Shown in pieces: positions 38,471-49,534 of a DNA stretch of 64,000 nucleotides. Below the pieces are notes generated by a model. The model ran no database searches. It saw only the letters and a program-made list of their open reading frames with translations, and was not told the origin of the DNA. The first letter of the stretch is position 1, and each line of letters starts with the position of its first letter. Source of the DNA: an uncultured Verrucomicrobiae bacterium (GTDB lineage: Bacteria; Verrucomicrobiota; Verrucomicrobiia; Chthoniobacterales; Terrimicrobiaceae); assembly GCA_963706955.1 (NCBI GenBank), contig CAVPOC010000003.1, forward strand, positions 256,001 to 320,000, given 5' to 3'. Made by a program: the position numbers and the translations under genes.

Positions 38471-41230
38471 ATGAGCAAGTTCAGCATTGGCATCGACCTC
38501 GGCACGACCAATTGTGCCATGGCCTACGTGCCACTGAACGGCACGGACTCCACCAGCGAGACGTTTCCCATCTCGCAATGGGAGACACACGGTTCCCTGA
38601 CTGAATCCCTCACTCTTCCCTCCTTTCTCTATTTGCCACGCGAGGACGAGGCCGGCCAACTGCTCGGGAAAGGGGTTGTGGGCCGGGAATGGATTGCTGG
38701 ACGCTTCGCCCGTCGGCAAGCGGCCGAATCGCCAGGGCGCGTCGCACATTCGGCCAAATCCTGGCTTTGTCATCATGCCGTCGACCGCAGCGCGCCCTTC
38801 TTGCCATGGAGATCCGACGAGATATCCGTCGAAAAGCGGATCTCTCCGATACAGGCTTCCGCGCTGTTGCTCGAGTACCTTCGGGCGGCTTGGAATGTTC
38901 GCTTCGCGGATGCCGATTTTGTCGAGCAGGAAGTGACTGTCACGGTTCCCGCATCATTCGATGCGGTCGCTCAACGCCTCACCTTGGAGGCCGCCGCCGC
39001 GGCCGGCTTCCCGAGCAACGTCCGCCTTCTCGAAGAACCGCAAGCCGCTTTTTACCGCTGGCTGGAGGAGCACCCTTCGCCGGAAGCCTTGGAATTGCCG
39101 CCGTCCGGGGTGTCTCACGTCCTCGTCGTCGATATCGGTGGAGGGACGTCCGATTTCAGTCTCTTCGAAATGTCTGCTCAGCCAGGATCAACAATTCCCC
39201 ACATCAAACGTATCGCCGTAAGCGATCACTTGCTCCTCGGAGGTGACAACATCGACCTAGCGCTGGCACACCATATCCAAGAGCAACTCGCCACTGAACT
39301 TTCTCCGACACAGTGGAATTTCTTGGTGGCGCGGTGCCGTGATTTGAAGGAGCGCTGCCTCACAGATTCGCAGCAAGATGAACAACTCCCGATCTCGATT
39401 CCGTCGCAGGGATCAAGCCTTCTGAGTAAGACTCTGAGCGCACGCGTCAGCCGCAAAGAAGTCGAGGCGCTCGTTCTCGATGGATTTTTTCCCGAGTGCG
39501 GTCCTGACGAGCGCCCTTCCCGCGTGCAGGCAGGCCTCCGAGAATGGGCCCTGCCCTATGCGCCAGACAGCGCCGTCACGCGTTACCTCGCGGACTTTCT
39601 CCGGGGCAGGCCACTGGTGAACTTCATCCTCTTCAACGGCGGATCGCTCCATGCGGAAACAGTGCGGCTGCGCCTCCAGCGGCAGGTCGGCAACTGGCAG
39701 TCAGGCAGGGAGCCCAAAATTCTCAACAACTCTGAACCTGACCTCGCCGTCGCGCGTGGCGCGGCCCGCTTCGGCAGACTTGTCCATGGGCGCGCCGAAC
39801 GCATCGAAGCGGGCGCCGCACGAGCCATCTACCTCGAAGTGCATCGGGCCGGGAACAAGGAGAGCGCAAAATCCATTCTCGTTTGCATTCTCCCCAAGGA
39901 TGCTCGCGCCGAAGAGGAGTTCAAAATTTCCCAGCCTGGGCTGGAACTGAGAATCAATCATCCGGTCCGCTTTCAACCTTATTATTCTACGCGCCATGAC
40001 GATGATAAATCGGGCGCGCTAATCCCTTGGAATGAGAGTGATTTTCAGCGCCTTCCTCCTCTACAAACGATTGCCAAGCTCGATGACCCGCGCTCTCGAA
40101 CTGATCGTGTGCCGGTTACTCTGAGCGCAAAGATGAACGAGCTCGGGCTGCTCAAGCTAGCCTGCCAAAGCGCAGATCCACGTCTCAAGCGTTCTTGGCC
40201 GCTCGAATTCAACTTACGGCAGGAGGTGACCGAAGGAGGTCGGGAGCAGAGCGCCTCGGTTGAGGACAGCGGCCTTGACGATGCGAGATTGGAATCCGCA
40301 CGCGTGCGGATGCGGTCGTTGTTCTCGCGTCCCCTGGATAAGCGCGACAAACTCAGCGCGACGAATCTGCTTAAGAATTTGGAGCAAATCCTCGCCTTGC
40401 AGAAGGCGAACTGGAATGGGGTCCTTATTCGCCACCTTTGGCAAACCTTGTCCGAGCAGATCGACCGCCGCAAAGAATCCGTTGATCACGAGGAGGCCTG
40501 GTTAATCCTGGCAGGCTTCTTTCTACGTCCAGGGTTTGGTGCAGAGGGCGACGACGCCCGCATTGACCAGCTTTGGCAAGTGAGGACGGAGGGTCTTTTC
40601 TATCCCGGAAAGCGTATCCAACTTCAGGAATATATTCTCTGGAGACGCGTCTCAGGCGGGCTAAGCCAGGCACGCCAACAAGCGGTGCTCCAGCCAGAAC
40701 TCCCAAAGCTATTCTCTCCAAAAAGCCCAAGCGCGGAGCTGATTCGTCTCGCTGGATCTCTCGAAAGAATTCCTCAAAGCGTGAAGCAGGAGATAGTGGA
40801 TCAATTCATCAACAGCGCAAAGGATCTCGCGGACAAAGAGGAGCATTGCGCGCCCTACCTGGTAGCTCTGGGGCTTCTTCTCAACCGGGCGCCGCTCTAC
40901 GCCAGCATCGAAGATGTTCTGGTTCCAGATTGCGTCGAACGCGCCTACGAGGCGCTCTGCCATCTCGATTGGGCCGAGCCGGAGTTGGTCGAAACCCAGA
41001 CGCTCTTCCTTCGTGCCGCCCGCGTTACTAATCATGCAGCCATCGATCTCCCGCGCTCACTGCGCGAGAAAATTGCTTCCAAATTGGAGAAGACTGGCGT
41101 GGCGCCGCTAAAGGTCGAGCGAATCCGGCGTTTTCTTCCCATCGAGCGCGCTGATCGCGCCAGCCTCTTTGGAGAATCTTTAACGCCCCCCGGGCTCATC
41201 CTGAGGGAGACTGGCGAAGGAGATTGCTAA
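38471..41230 (+). CDS. Hsp70/DnaK-related protein with a long C-terminal extension (DUF3731-like)
   Basis: GIDLGTTN, TVPASF and DIGGGT; C-terminal W..LAGFFLRPGFG...D and LWRRVSGGL. Confidence 0.85.
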   Translation: MSKFSIGIDLGTTNCAMAYVPLNGTDSTSETFPISQWETHGSLTESLTLPSFLYLPREDEAGQLLGKGVVGREWIAGRFARRQAAESPGRVAHSAKSWLCHHAVDRSAPFLPWRSDEISVEKRISPIQASALLLEYLRAAWNVRFADADFVEQEVTVTVPASFDAVAQRLTLEAAAAAGFPSNVRLLEEPQAAFYRWLEEHPSPEALELPPSGVSHVLVVDIGGGTSDFSLFEMSAQPGSTIPHIKRIAVSDHLLLGGDNIDLALAHHIQEQLATELSPTQWNFLVARCRDLKERCLTDSQQDEQLPISIPSQGSSLLSKTLSARVSRKEVEALVLDGFFPECGPDERPSRVQAGLREWALPYAPDSAVTRYLADFLRGRPLVNFILFNGGSLHAETVRLRLQRQVGNWQSGREPKILNNSEPDLAVARGAARFGRLVHGRAERIEAGAARAIYLEVHRAGNKESAKSILVCILPKDARAEEEFKISQPGLELRINHPVRFQPYYSTRHDDDKSGALIPWNESDFQRLPPLQTIAKLDDPRSRTDRVPVTLSAKMNELGLLKLACQSADPRLKRSWPLEFNLRQEVTEGGREQSASVEDSGLDDARLESARVRMRSLFSRPLDKRDKLSATNLLKNLEQILALQKANWNGVLIRHLWQTLSEQIDRRKESVDHEEAWLILAGFFLRPGFGAEGDDARIDQLWQVRTEGLFYPGKRIQLQEYILWRRVSGGLSQARQQAVLQPELPKLFSPKSPSAELIRLAGSLERIPQSVKQEIVDQFINSAKDLADKEEHCAPYLVALGLLLNRAPLYASIEDVLVPDCVERAYEALCHLDWAEPELVETQTLFLRAARVTNHAAIDLPRSLREKIASKLEKTGVAPLKVERIRRFLPIERADRASLFGESLTPPGLILRETGEGDC

Positions 41231-41380
41231 ACGGCGATTTTGCGCCACCGTGCTGCTGCAAATTTATTTCCAGAGTGAGAGAGAGGCGATAATCGGGTCC
41301 GCGCTTCACAGACTCGAATTCACAATTGGGGATTTTGCTTCCGTTTGGCCAAAGTTCGAGAAAGACTTTCCGTCAGCCTT

Positions 41381-42694
41381 ATGAAGCCTGCATTTCCCGA
41401 CATACAGAAGATCACCTACGAGGGTCCGAAATCCAAAAACCCTCTCGCCTTCAAACATTATAACGCCGAGGAAGTCATTGAGGGAAAGTCGATGGCTGAT
41501 CACCTTCGCTTCGGCGTCGCCTACTGGCATACCTTCCGGAACGTTCTCGGCGATCCGTTCGGTCCGGGGACCGCCATCCGCCCTTGGGATGATGGCTCGG
41601 ACTCGGTTAAGAACGCCTGCAATCGGGCGCGCGTCGCCTTCGAATTCACCGAGAAACTTGGCGCTCCCTTTTACGCGTTTCACGATCGCGATATCGCGCC
41701 GGAAGGCTCAAGTCTCGCTGAATCGAACAAAAATCTGGATGCCGTCGTGAAGGTCCTCAAGGAAGAGCAGGAGCGCACGGGAATCAAGCTCCTCTGGGGA
41801 ACCGCCAGTCTGTTTACAAACCCGCGCTTTTGCCACGGCGCAGCCACCAGCCCAAACGCCGATGTCTTTGCTTACGCCGCCGCGCAGGTGAAGAAAGCGC
41901 TCGAGGTAACACACGAGTTGGGCGGCGCGGGTTATACCTTCTGGGGCGGTCGCGAAGGTTATGCAAGTCTCTGGAACACCGACCTCAAGAGAGAAGTCGA
42001 CCACCTTGCGAGGTTCCTTCACATGGCTGTCGACCACAAGAAGCAGATCGGGTTCACCGGGCCCTTCTACATCGAGCCGAAACCGAAAGAACCGACTAAG
42101 CACCAGTATGATTTTGACGCGGCGACGTGCCTGAACTTCCTCCGCGAATACGGTTTGCTCGAGTACTTCAAGCTGAACCTCGAGACCAATCACGCCACCT
42201 TGGCTGGCCATACGATGCATCATGAATGCGAAGTCGCCGCCGCCGCCGGAGCACTCGGCTCCGTAGATGCTAATACTGGTGATGAGTTGATCGGCTGGGA
42301 TACCGACCAGTTTCCGACAAGTCTCTACCTGACAACGCAAGTGATGCTGGTCATTCTGAAGATGGGAGGCTTCACCACCGGTGGCCTTAACTTCGATTCG
42401 AAGGTCCGGCGTGAGAGCTTCGAGCCGATCGATCTCTTCTATGCGCATATCGGAGGCATGGATGCTTTTGCCCGGGGACTTAAGATCGCCGCGGCCATTC
42501 GCGCCGACGGACGCCTCGCGAAAATGCTAAAGGAGCGCTATTCGTCCTGGGATAGTGGCATCGGGGCCTCGATCGAGGCTGGGAAGGAGAATTTCGCTTC
42601 ACTCGAAAAATACGCGCTCGGCCAACCGGACCCCGTTCAGCATGGAAGCGGACGTCAGGAACTCTTCGAGAACATTGTCAACGAGTTGATCTGA
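41381..42694 (+). CDS. xylA: Xylose isomerase (class II)
   Basis: YWHTF, FHDRD, WGGREG, EPKPKEP and WDTDQF. Confidence 0.97.
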   Translation: MKPAFPDIQKITYEGPKSKNPLAFKHYNAEEVIEGKSMADHLRFGVAYWHTFRNVLGDPFGPGTAIRPWDDGSDSVKNACNRARVAFEFTEKLGAPFYAFHDRDIAPEGSSLAESNKNLDAVVKVLKEEQERTGIKLLWGTASLFTNPRFCHGAATSPNADVFAYAAAQVKKALEVTHELGGAGYTFWGGREGYASLWNTDLKREVDHLARFLHMAVDHKKQIGFTGPFYIEPKPKEPTKHQYDFDAATCLNFLREYGLLEYFKLNLETNHATLAGHTMHHECEVAAAAGALGSVDANTGDELIGWDTDQFPTSLYLTTQVMLVILKMGGFTTGGLNFDSKVRRESFEPIDLFYAHIGGMDAFARGLKIAAAIRADGRLAKMLKERYSSWDSGIGASIEAGKENFASLEKYALGQPDPVQHGSGRQELFENIVNELI

Positions 42695-42744
42695 CTACGC
42701 GCCACCTCGCATCAAGTTAAAGGGCGTGCGGAATGACACGTCGA

Positions 42745-42807
42745 TGTAGCGGCGGTGTCCCCACCGCCGAGCTAGGCCCTTTCGGCGCTGGGGACAGCGC
42801 CGCTACA
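42745..42807. repeat. GTAG-type REP doublet (REPIN-like) between convergent genes
   Basis: TGTAGCGGCGGTGTCCCCACCGCCGA ... TCGGCGCTGGGGACAGCGCCGCTACA; each arm is itself a hairpin. Confidence 0.85.
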
Positions 42808-42838
42808 GAGTGCAAGTTTCCGGAACGCTTCCGAGACA

Positions 42839-43183
42839 TCAGTCCTTCTTCTTTTCGTGCCGATAATGCACCACTCTGACCGGCTCCACGGTGATCATGC
42901 CGCCGAGGACCATTGCCTGGAGTTTATCCAGAAATGCTTCAATCTTAAGCTTGGAATCGATGATCTCGATGACAACGGGCAGATCGGTTGAGAGATTCAG
43001 GATCTTTGCGGTATGGATGCGACTGGTGGCTCCGAAGCCCATCGGACTGCGAAAGACGGTGGCCCCGGCGAGACCTTCGCTGCGTGCTTTCAGCACGATG
43101 GCTTCGTAGAGCGGCCGGCGCTCCCACTGGTCACTCTCGCCGGCATACACACGCAGGCGGAGACATTCTTCAGCCGGCTGCAT
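42839..43183 (-). CDS. DUF190 domain protein
   Basis: LRVY.GESD...PLYEAIV, GLAGATV and LS.DLP; directly downstream of crcB. Confidence 0.9.
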   Translation of the reverse strand: MQPAEECLRLRVYAGESDQWERRPLYEAIVLKARSEGLAGATVFRSPMGFGATSRIHTAKILNLSTDLPVVIEIIDSKLKIEAFLDKLQAMVLGGMITVEPVRVVHYRHEKKKD

Positions 43184-43187
43184 AATT

Positions 43188-43581
43188 TCAGGGCCTTCCA
43201 GCCAAGATGCTTGCCAAGGCTATCCCCACGGCCGCTGCGACAAGGCAAAGGACAACGGACGAGAGAACATTGCCGGCTGCAGAAATCCACTGGCCGTCCT
43301 GCAGCAAGAAGCATCGTTTGCAGGCTGAACGAGGAAAAGGTGGTGAAACCGCCGAGGATGCCGATGGTGACGAAGGCTCGTCCGACGGGCGAGACGAGCA
43401 GAGGTCCATCTGGACCGGTGAGGCCGGCAAACAATCCAATGATCAGAGAACCGAGCACGTTGACGGCCAGCGTCCCCCAGGGAAATGTGCTGTGCGTTGC
43501 TTCGGCAATCCAGGTGGACATCGCGTACCTTAGAGCGCTGCCAATTGCGCCGCCGATCATGACAGCCGCATAGAGCTTCAC
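43188..43581 (-). CDS. crcB: Fluoride efflux channel Fluc/CrcB with a +1 frameshift near 43305-43311
   Basis: [18 protein letters not shown] and GGFTTFSSF; the C-terminal helix continues in the shifted frame. Confidence 0.88.
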
Positions 43582-44147
43582 ATTCTCGGAATCGTAATGC
43601 CGGTTTGCCTCATGTACTTTCCCGCCCGATCCGCGTAGCTGGTCTCGCAGGTCTCCCCAGCGAGAAAAAATATCACCTGGGCAAGGCCCTCGTCGGCGTA
43701 GATCTTGGCCGGCAGCGGAGTGGTGTTTGAGATTTCCAGCGTGACGTGGCCCTCCCACTCCGGCTCGAACGGCGTGACATTGACAATAATGCCACAGCGA
43801 GCGTAGGTGGACTTTCCCACGCAGATGGTCAATACGTCGCGAGGAATTCGGAAGTACTCAACGCTGCGGGCAAGCGCGAACGAATTCGGCGGCACTATGC
43901 AAACATCGGTCTGCATATCGACCATCGACTGCGCGTCGAAGCACTTCGGATCGACAACGGTATTGAAAACGTTGGTGAAGACCTTGAATTCGCGGGAGAC
44001 CCTCAGGTCGTAACCATAGCTCGACAACCCATAACTGATCACGCGGGAGCCATCGTTGCGCGCTTTGGTCTGAGTCTCGACAAATGGCTCAATCATTCCC
44101 TTCTCCATCGCCATGCGACGGATCCACCTATCCGAACAGACGCTCAT
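43578..44147 (-). CDS. dcd: dCTP deaminase
   Basis: [19 protein letters not shown] and EPEWEG. Confidence 0.96.
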   Translation of the reverse strand: MSVCSDRWIRRMAMEKGMIEPFVETQTKARNDGSRVISYGLSSYGYDLRVSREFKVFTNVFNTVVDPKCFDAQSMVDMQTDVCIVPPNSFALARSVEYFRIPRDVLTICVGKSTYARCGIIVNVTPFEPEWEGHVTLEISNTTPLPAKIYADEGLAQVIFFLAGETCETSYADRAGKYMRQTGITIPRM

Positions 44148-44151
44148 TCCC

Positions 44152-44463
44152 CTAGAAGGGCATTCCGGGGATATCCATGCCGCCTGTGACCTTCTTCATC
44201 TCCTCCGCCGCCATGGCGCGTCCATCCTCAATCGCCTGCTTGACGCCGGCGAGCACGAGGTCTTCCAGCAATTCCACGTCGTTTGGATCCACGACGCTCG
44301 GATCAATCTTGATCGAGAGGACATCGCCGGCTCCATTGGCCGTGACGGTGACTTTGCCGCCACCTGCGCTGGCCTCGATGGTCTTTTGGGAGAGTTCGGC
44401 TTGTTTCTCGGCGAGCTTCGCCTGCATGCGCTGGGCCTGCTGGAGCATCTTCTGAATGTTCAT
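44152..44463 (-). CDS. ybaB: YbaB/EbfC nucleoid-associated protein
   Basis: QAQRMQ, AGGG.V and LLEDLV. Confidence 0.95.
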   Translation of the reverse strand: MNIQKMLQQAQRMQAKLAEKQAELSQKTIEASAGGGKVTVTANGAGDVLSIKIDPSVVDPNDVELLEDLVLAGVKQAIEDGRAMAAEEMKKVTGGMDIPGMPF

Positions 44464-46058
44464 TTACTCGCAGTCTGAATTTCGCCGGCGAAGATTTCGA
44501 GGGCTTTCTTGATCAAGGGATCATTTTTGAAATCATCCGGCGGATCCGCCGCTTTTGGGCGCGGGCTTTCAGCAGGCTTCTCGAGTGTTGCCGGAAGCTC
44601 TTTTGGCGGTGCCTCCGCCGCCGGCTCGGCCAGATCCTCACCGACTTCGAGGGCCAGCCTTATGTTTCTGCCGAGCATTGCGCTCAGCTTTGCTTCGGCA
44701 TTCTTGCGTCCGTCCTCACCGACCACCGAGCGAAGGGCGGCAGCGGATGAAGGAGGAAGTTTCACCAGGAGGCTGTTCTCGACCGCTTCCGCAACGACTC
44801 CTTTGGTGAGCCACCGGAACTTGATGCTAGCCTCGTATGAGGCAGCCACGCGATCCCAGGCGAGCGCCGCGTCGATGACTTCGCTGCTCGAGGACGGGAG
44901 AGCGGGATTGGACTCAACCAAGACACGCTTTGGTTCGGGTTGCACCGCCCGGGCGCCTGGCGCCGGAGGCGGCGTGTGCTCACGCAAGGCAGCCAGCGTC
45001 TCGATGACTTCGTCCAGGCTGGCTTGATCGAGGAGGTGGGCAGCTTTGATGACCGCGACATCGAGCTGAAGCTTCTTGTCCGCCGCCCATTTCATGCGGG
45101 ATTCTGTCTCGGCGAGATGGTCAAGCAAGATGAGGAGCTTGTCTCGCGGCGCGGAGGCCTGGTGCAAAACGCCTGCGATAAGCAGATCCCGAACCTGCCC
45201 GATTAAATCCCCGAGCAGACGTGAGAGGTCTTTTCCGAACTCAGATTGTTCGGCAACGATCTTCAGCCCGCCGGCCGCATCGCGCTCAAGAATTCTTTGT
45301 AACAACGCGGCCACGGCTTCGCGCGAGGTGAATCCGAAAACGGACATGACGTCCTGGCTGGTGACTTTGTCTCCGCAAAAAGCGATACATTGATCAAGCA
45401 TACTTTCGGCGTCACGGAGGCCTCCTTCGGCGCCGCGGGCGATCAATTCAGCAGCTGCCTCCTCCAGGAGAATTTTTTCTTTGTCCGCAATCAAGAGGAG
45501 GTGTTTGCGAATGGCATCCGCGGAGATTCTGCGCAAGTCAAAGCGCTGGCACCGGCTCGTGATTGTCGCCGGCACCTTCTGCCCCTCGGTGGTGGCAAAA
45601 ATAAACTTCACGTGTTCCGGCGGTTCTTCGAGCGTTTTAAGAAGCGCATTGAACGCCCCGGGCGTGAGCATGTGCACTTCGTCAATCAGGTAAATCTTGT
45701 AGGGTCCTCGCGCCGGTGAATAGGCGGCGTTGTCTCTCAATTCCCTGATGCTTTCCACGCCGTTGTGACTGGCGCCGTCAATTTCGAGAACATCCAAGCT
45801 CCGGCCTTCGGCGATTTCCAGGCAGGCGTCACATTTGCCGCACGGTGTCGCGGTCGGACCTTTCACACAATTGAGCGCCTTCGCGAGAATTCGCGCTGTG
45901 GAGGTCTTCCCGATTCCTCGCGGGCCCACGAAAAGATAGGCCTGCGCGACTCGTCCGGAGGTTATGGCGTTCTGCAGGGTGCGCGTGATGTGCTCCTGTC
46001 CCACCACCTCCTCGAATGTCTGCGGCCTGTACTTCCGCGCAAAGACCCGGTAACTCAC
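44460..46058 (-). CDS. dnaX: DNA polymerase III subunit gamma/tau
   Basis: ARKYRP, GPRGIGKT, DEVHML and SRCQ; probable GTG start at 46058. Confidence 0.96.
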   Translation of the reverse strand: MSYRVFARKYRPQTFEEVVGQEHITRTLQNAITSGRVAQAYLFVGPRGIGKTSTARILAKALNCVKGPTATPCGKCDACLEIAEGRSLDVLEIDGASHNGVESIRELRDNAAYSPARGPYKIYLIDEVHMLTPGAFNALLKTLEEPPEHVKFIFATTEGQKVPATITSRCQRFDLRRISADAIRKHLLLIADKEKILLEEAAAELIARGAEGGLRDAESMLDQCIAFCGDKVTSQDVMSVFGFTSREAVAALLQRILERDAAGGLKIVAEQSEFGKDLSRLLGDLIGQVRDLLIAGVLHQASAPRDKLLILLDHLAETESRMKWAADKKLQLDVAVIKAAHLLDQASLDEVIETLAALREHTPPPAPGARAVQPEPKRVLVESNPALPSSSSEVIDAALAWDRVAASYEASIKFRWLTKGVVAEAVENSLLVKLPPSSAAALRSVVGEDGRKNAEAKLSAMLGRNIRLALEVGEDLAEPAAEAPPKELPATLEKPAESPRPKAADPPDDFKNDPLIKKALEIFAGEIQTASK

Positions 46059-46229
46059 ATCACAAGCATAGACCGGCAACCCAATTTCGGAAGCCGGAAG
46101 GCGTAAAATTTTCGCGGAGCTGAGGCGAGGTGACGGCGGACGCCACCTTTCGGAACAAACCTGCCGTGGCCGCGCGCGCCGATGGCAGGAGGCTGATCGG
46201 GAACGCGAAGACCATGCCTTGACAAACGA

Positions 46230-46937
46230 TTACCAGGCATATTCTTCTCCATCTCGACCAAGGAATTTGCCGCTTTGCTCCATCGATAATCCGGTGATTG
46301 TTTTGAAAAGCGATTGCGCCGATTGGCGCGGAGAAAGCGGAGCATCGGATCCTCCCATCCGAGTCTTCACCCAACCGGGGCTGATGGCGGTCACAATCAT
46401 CTCTTCCTTGCGGAACTCCGCAGCGAGCGCCCGGGTGAGCATGTTCAAGGCCGCTTTGGAAACTGAATAAGGATAGTAATTAAAATCCTCTTTCTCGCTG
46501 ATGGATCCGGCGCCCGAGGAGATGTTAGCGATTCGCGCATGTGCGGATCTTCGCAGATGCGGCAAGAATGCCTTGGTCACCCGTGCGACGCCGACCACAT
46601 TCGTGTCGAAGGCTTGATTGAACCACTCCGGATCGATGGTCTCAAACGGCTCCTGACCCTCGCCAGGAAAGATTGCGGCGTTGTTGATGAGCACATCGAG
46701 TGCTCCGTCGGCAAGCCGTTTCGCGGCGTCCAAAATTGTCGATTCTTGGGCGACGTCCAGGGTCAGAACGGAAAGATTCTCCCATTGGCGAGTCAATTCG
46801 GAGAGCTCGGGCTGCTTGGCATTCCGGGCAGTCGCGAACACCTTCCAGCCCGCGCGCGCAAATTCCTCTACGAGCGCTTCTCCGATTCCTCCGCTGCTCC
46901 CGGTTATCAAAACACTTTCGGCCATGACAAAAATCAA
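46230..46937 (-). CDS. SDR family oxidoreductase
   Basis: TGSSGGIG, NNA, YSVSK and PGWVKT. Confidence 0.92.
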   Translation of the reverse strand: MIFVMAESVLITGSSGGIGEALVEEFARAGWKVFATARNAKQPELSELTRQWENLSVLTLDVAQESTILDAAKRLADGALDVLINNAAIFPGEGQEPFETIDPEWFNQAFDTNVVGVARVTKAFLPHLRRSAHARIANISSGAGSISEKEDFNYYPYSVSKAALNMLTRALAAEFRKEEMIVTAISPGWVKTRMGGSDAPLSPRQSAQSLFKTITGLSMEQSGKFLGRDGEEYAW

Positions 46938-49441
46938 AGCAGATCCAGTTGCCCAAGACCTTCGCGAATGGCGATCTTCTTGCGGCGCGCCTTGGCGAAC
47001 TGGGCTGAGCCATCCGATTGACCGGCCAAATGAGGCACACCGTCGGCATTGAGCTCGGCTTTCTCGAGGTTGTTCAGGATTTCCTTGGCCCGATTAAGGA
47101 CGCTATCGGGCAAGCCGGCCAGTCGCGCGACCTGAATTCCGTAGCTCTGGTCGGCGCGGCCGGGAAGAATCTTTCGTAGAAAGATCACTTGGTCGTTCCA
47201 TTCACGCACGGCCACGTTGAGGTTTACGACACCCGAGCGCGTTCGCGCCAAATCGGTGATCTCGTGATAGTGCGTCGCAAACAGCGTCCGACAGCGTATG
47301 AGGTCGTGAAGGTGCTCAGCCACACTCCAGGCAATGCTCAAGCCGTCAAACGTCGACGTCCCACGTCCAATCTCATCCAGGATAACCAGACTGGTCGTCG
47401 TTGCGTTGTTGAGGATGTTTGCTGTCTCATTCATCTCGACCATGAAGGTGGATTGACCTCTGGAGAGGTCATCGCTGGCACCCACCCTGGTAAAGATCCG
47501 ATCGGCAACTCCGATCCGCGCACTCACCGCAGGCACGTAGCTGCCCATCTGACTCATCAACGTGAGAAGTGCCACCTGGCGGATATAGGTTGATTTTCCG
47601 GCCATGTTCGGCCCCGTTATGATGGCAAAGCGCCTCTCGGAGCTATCGAGTTCGGTGTCGTTAGGAACGAAGCGTTCGCCTGCGGATTGGCGATCCAAGA
47701 CCGGATGGCGCCCCTCAATTATTTCGATGCGCCCAGAGTCGTCAACTTGCGGGCGACAGTAATTGTGCTGGCGGGCGGTTTCGGCGAGCGAGGCAAGCGC
47801 ATCGAGGATCGCAATGGCGACGGCCGTGGCTTGAATTGCGGCAATTTCGGCCAACGCCATGCTGCGCAATTCCTGGAAGATCTCGATCTCCCTGGCCTTG
47901 GCGCGTTCCTCGGAGCCGAGAATCTTTCCTTCAAAATCCTTAAGCTCCGGCGTAATGAATCGCTCCCCATTGACGGTGGTCTGCTTGCGAATGTAATCGC
48001 CAGGCACCGAGGAGAGATTCGCACGGGTGATCTCGATGAAGTAACCGAAGACCGACGTGAAGCGCACCTTCAGGGACTTGATCCCAGTTCGAGCGATTTC
48101 TTGTTCCTGGAGGCCTGCTATCCAGTCCTTGCCCTGGCGAGATCCGGCCCGCAGCTCATCAAGGGCACGATCATAGCCATCCCGCACGATCCCACCGTCA
48201 CGCAAGACTGCCGGCGGCTCATCGACGATCGCCTTGGACAGGGTTGAGACGAGATCCGGAAGGTCGTGAAGTTGCGTCGCCAGGCTGCCGAAAAGCATCG
48301 CCGAACCATCCGAGGCAAGGACGCGAACACAGTCTCGCACGCCCGGGACGAGCGACAGCGAAATGGCCAGAGCGGCGAGATCGCGCGCATTGCCCGCCGA
48401 ACCGTTGAGGCGCGCCACTGCTCGCTCGAGATCGCGGACGTCGCCCAAGTGCTCGCGGAGCGTGCCCAGCAGGAGGGAATCCTGCAGCAGGCGAGCAATC
48501 GCGTTCTGCCGTTGGCAAATCTCGCTGGGGTCACGCAGAGGATGGAGCACCCACTGCCTCAGAAGTCGTGCTCCCATTGGGGTCACCGTGCTGTCGAGGA
48601 CACCCAGAAGCGTCATCGTCTTGCCGGCGCGCGATTGGACAAGCTCGAGGTGACTTTGAGTGGAAGCGTCCAAAATGAGAAACTCGCTTGAGCGGTATGG
48701 CTGCAGCCTCCGGAGGTGCGAGGCATTTCGGCGCAGCTGTCGCGTCAAGTAGTGAACCAACGCTCCGGCCGCACTCACCGCTGCCGGCATATCATCGCAG
48801 CCAAAACCGGCCAAGGAATGGACTTTGAAGTGGTCGCGCAAGAACTCCTCGGCCTGCACAAGGTCGAAGATATACCCGTCAAGGAAATTTGCGTTTCCCA
48901 AGCTCTCAAAAAAGTCCCTCTGCTCTTCGGGGGCGATGGTTTCCGCCGGGAGAATCCGCGCCAACTCGTCGGCCAGAAGAAGCTTGTCGGCCACCTCGGT
49001 GATCCGGAATTCGCCGGTGGTCAACTCGCAAAAAGCAACGCCGATACTGGGATCAGAGCGGCAGATCGCGGCCAGGTAATTGGGACGCCGATCGTCGAGC
49101 CCGAAATCGTCCAAAGTTCCCGCGCTCAATATTTGGCTGACTTCACGACGGACGAGTTTGCCGGCTTGCACCTCCCCTACCTGGTCGCAGATGGCCGCGC
49201 GCCACCCCGCCGCGATGAGCTTCTCGATGTAATTGCGCGCTGCGTGGTAGGGAACGCCACACATCGGCGTGTCGCCCCGCTTAGTCAGCGCAACATTCAG
49301 GATCGAGGAGGCCTCCCGGGCGTCATCGCCAAACATCTCATAAAAATCCCCCAGTCGAAACAAGAGCAGGGTGTGAGGAGGCAATTCACGCCGGATCGCG
49401 TGATACTGCTTCATCATCGGCGTCTGCGAATCAAAGGACAC
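46934..49441 (-). CDS. mutS: DNA mismatch repair protein MutS
   Basis: TPMMKQY, GDFYE, TGPNMAGKS, STFMVEM and DEIGRG. Confidence 0.97.
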   Translation of the reverse strand: MSFDSQTPMMKQYHAIRRELPPHTLLLFRLGDFYEMFGDDAREASSILNVALTKRGDTPMCGVPYHAARNYIEKLIAAGWRAAICDQVGEVQAGKLVRREVSQILSAGTLDDFGLDDRRPNYLAAICRSDPSIGVAFCELTTGEFRITEVADKLLLADELARILPAETIAPEEQRDFFESLGNANFLDGYIFDLVQAEEFLRDHFKVHSLAGFGCDDMPAAVSAAGALVHYLTRQLRRNASHLRRLQPYRSSEFLILDASTQSHLELVQSRAGKTMTLLGVLDSTVTPMGARLLRQWVLHPLRDPSEICQRQNAIARLLQDSLLLGTLREHLGDVRDLERAVARLNGSAGNARDLAALAISLSLVPGVRDCVRVLASDGSAMLFGSLATQLHDLPDLVSTLSKAIVDEPPAVLRDGGIVRDGYDRALDELRAGSRQGKDWIAGLQEQEIARTGIKSLKVRFTSVFGYFIEITRANLSSVPGDYIRKQTTVNGERFITPELKDFEGKILGSEERAKAREIEIFQELRSMALAEIAAIQATAVAIAILDALASLAETARQHNYCRPQVDDSGRIEIIEGRHPVLDRQSAGERFVPNDTELDSSERRFAIITGPNMAGKSTYIRQVALLTLMSQMGSYVPAVSARIGVADRIFTRVGASDDLSRGQSTFMVEMNETANILNNATTTSLVILDEIGRGTSTFDGLSIAWSVAEHLHDLIRCRTLFATHYHEITDLARTRSGVVNLNVAVREWNDQVIFLRKILPGRADQSYGIQVARLAGLPDSVLNRAKEILNNLEKAELNADGVPHLAGQSDGSAQFAKARRKKIAIREGLGQLDLL

Positions 49442-49534
49442 AGCGAATCCCTTCTAGCATCCAGACCCACATCGATGCGATCGGTTCGAAAGACTTTCTG
49501 ATGCGTTCAGAGACACCTGGCCCTATTCCCTCCA

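Noticed and set aside
43581..43700. Fluoride riboswitch before crcB
   Set aside because: The crcB start overlaps the dcd stop, so there is no leader.
46080..46229. SRP RNA or tRNA upstream of dnaX
   Set aside because: No SRP helix-8 motif or tRNA cloverleaf could be identified.
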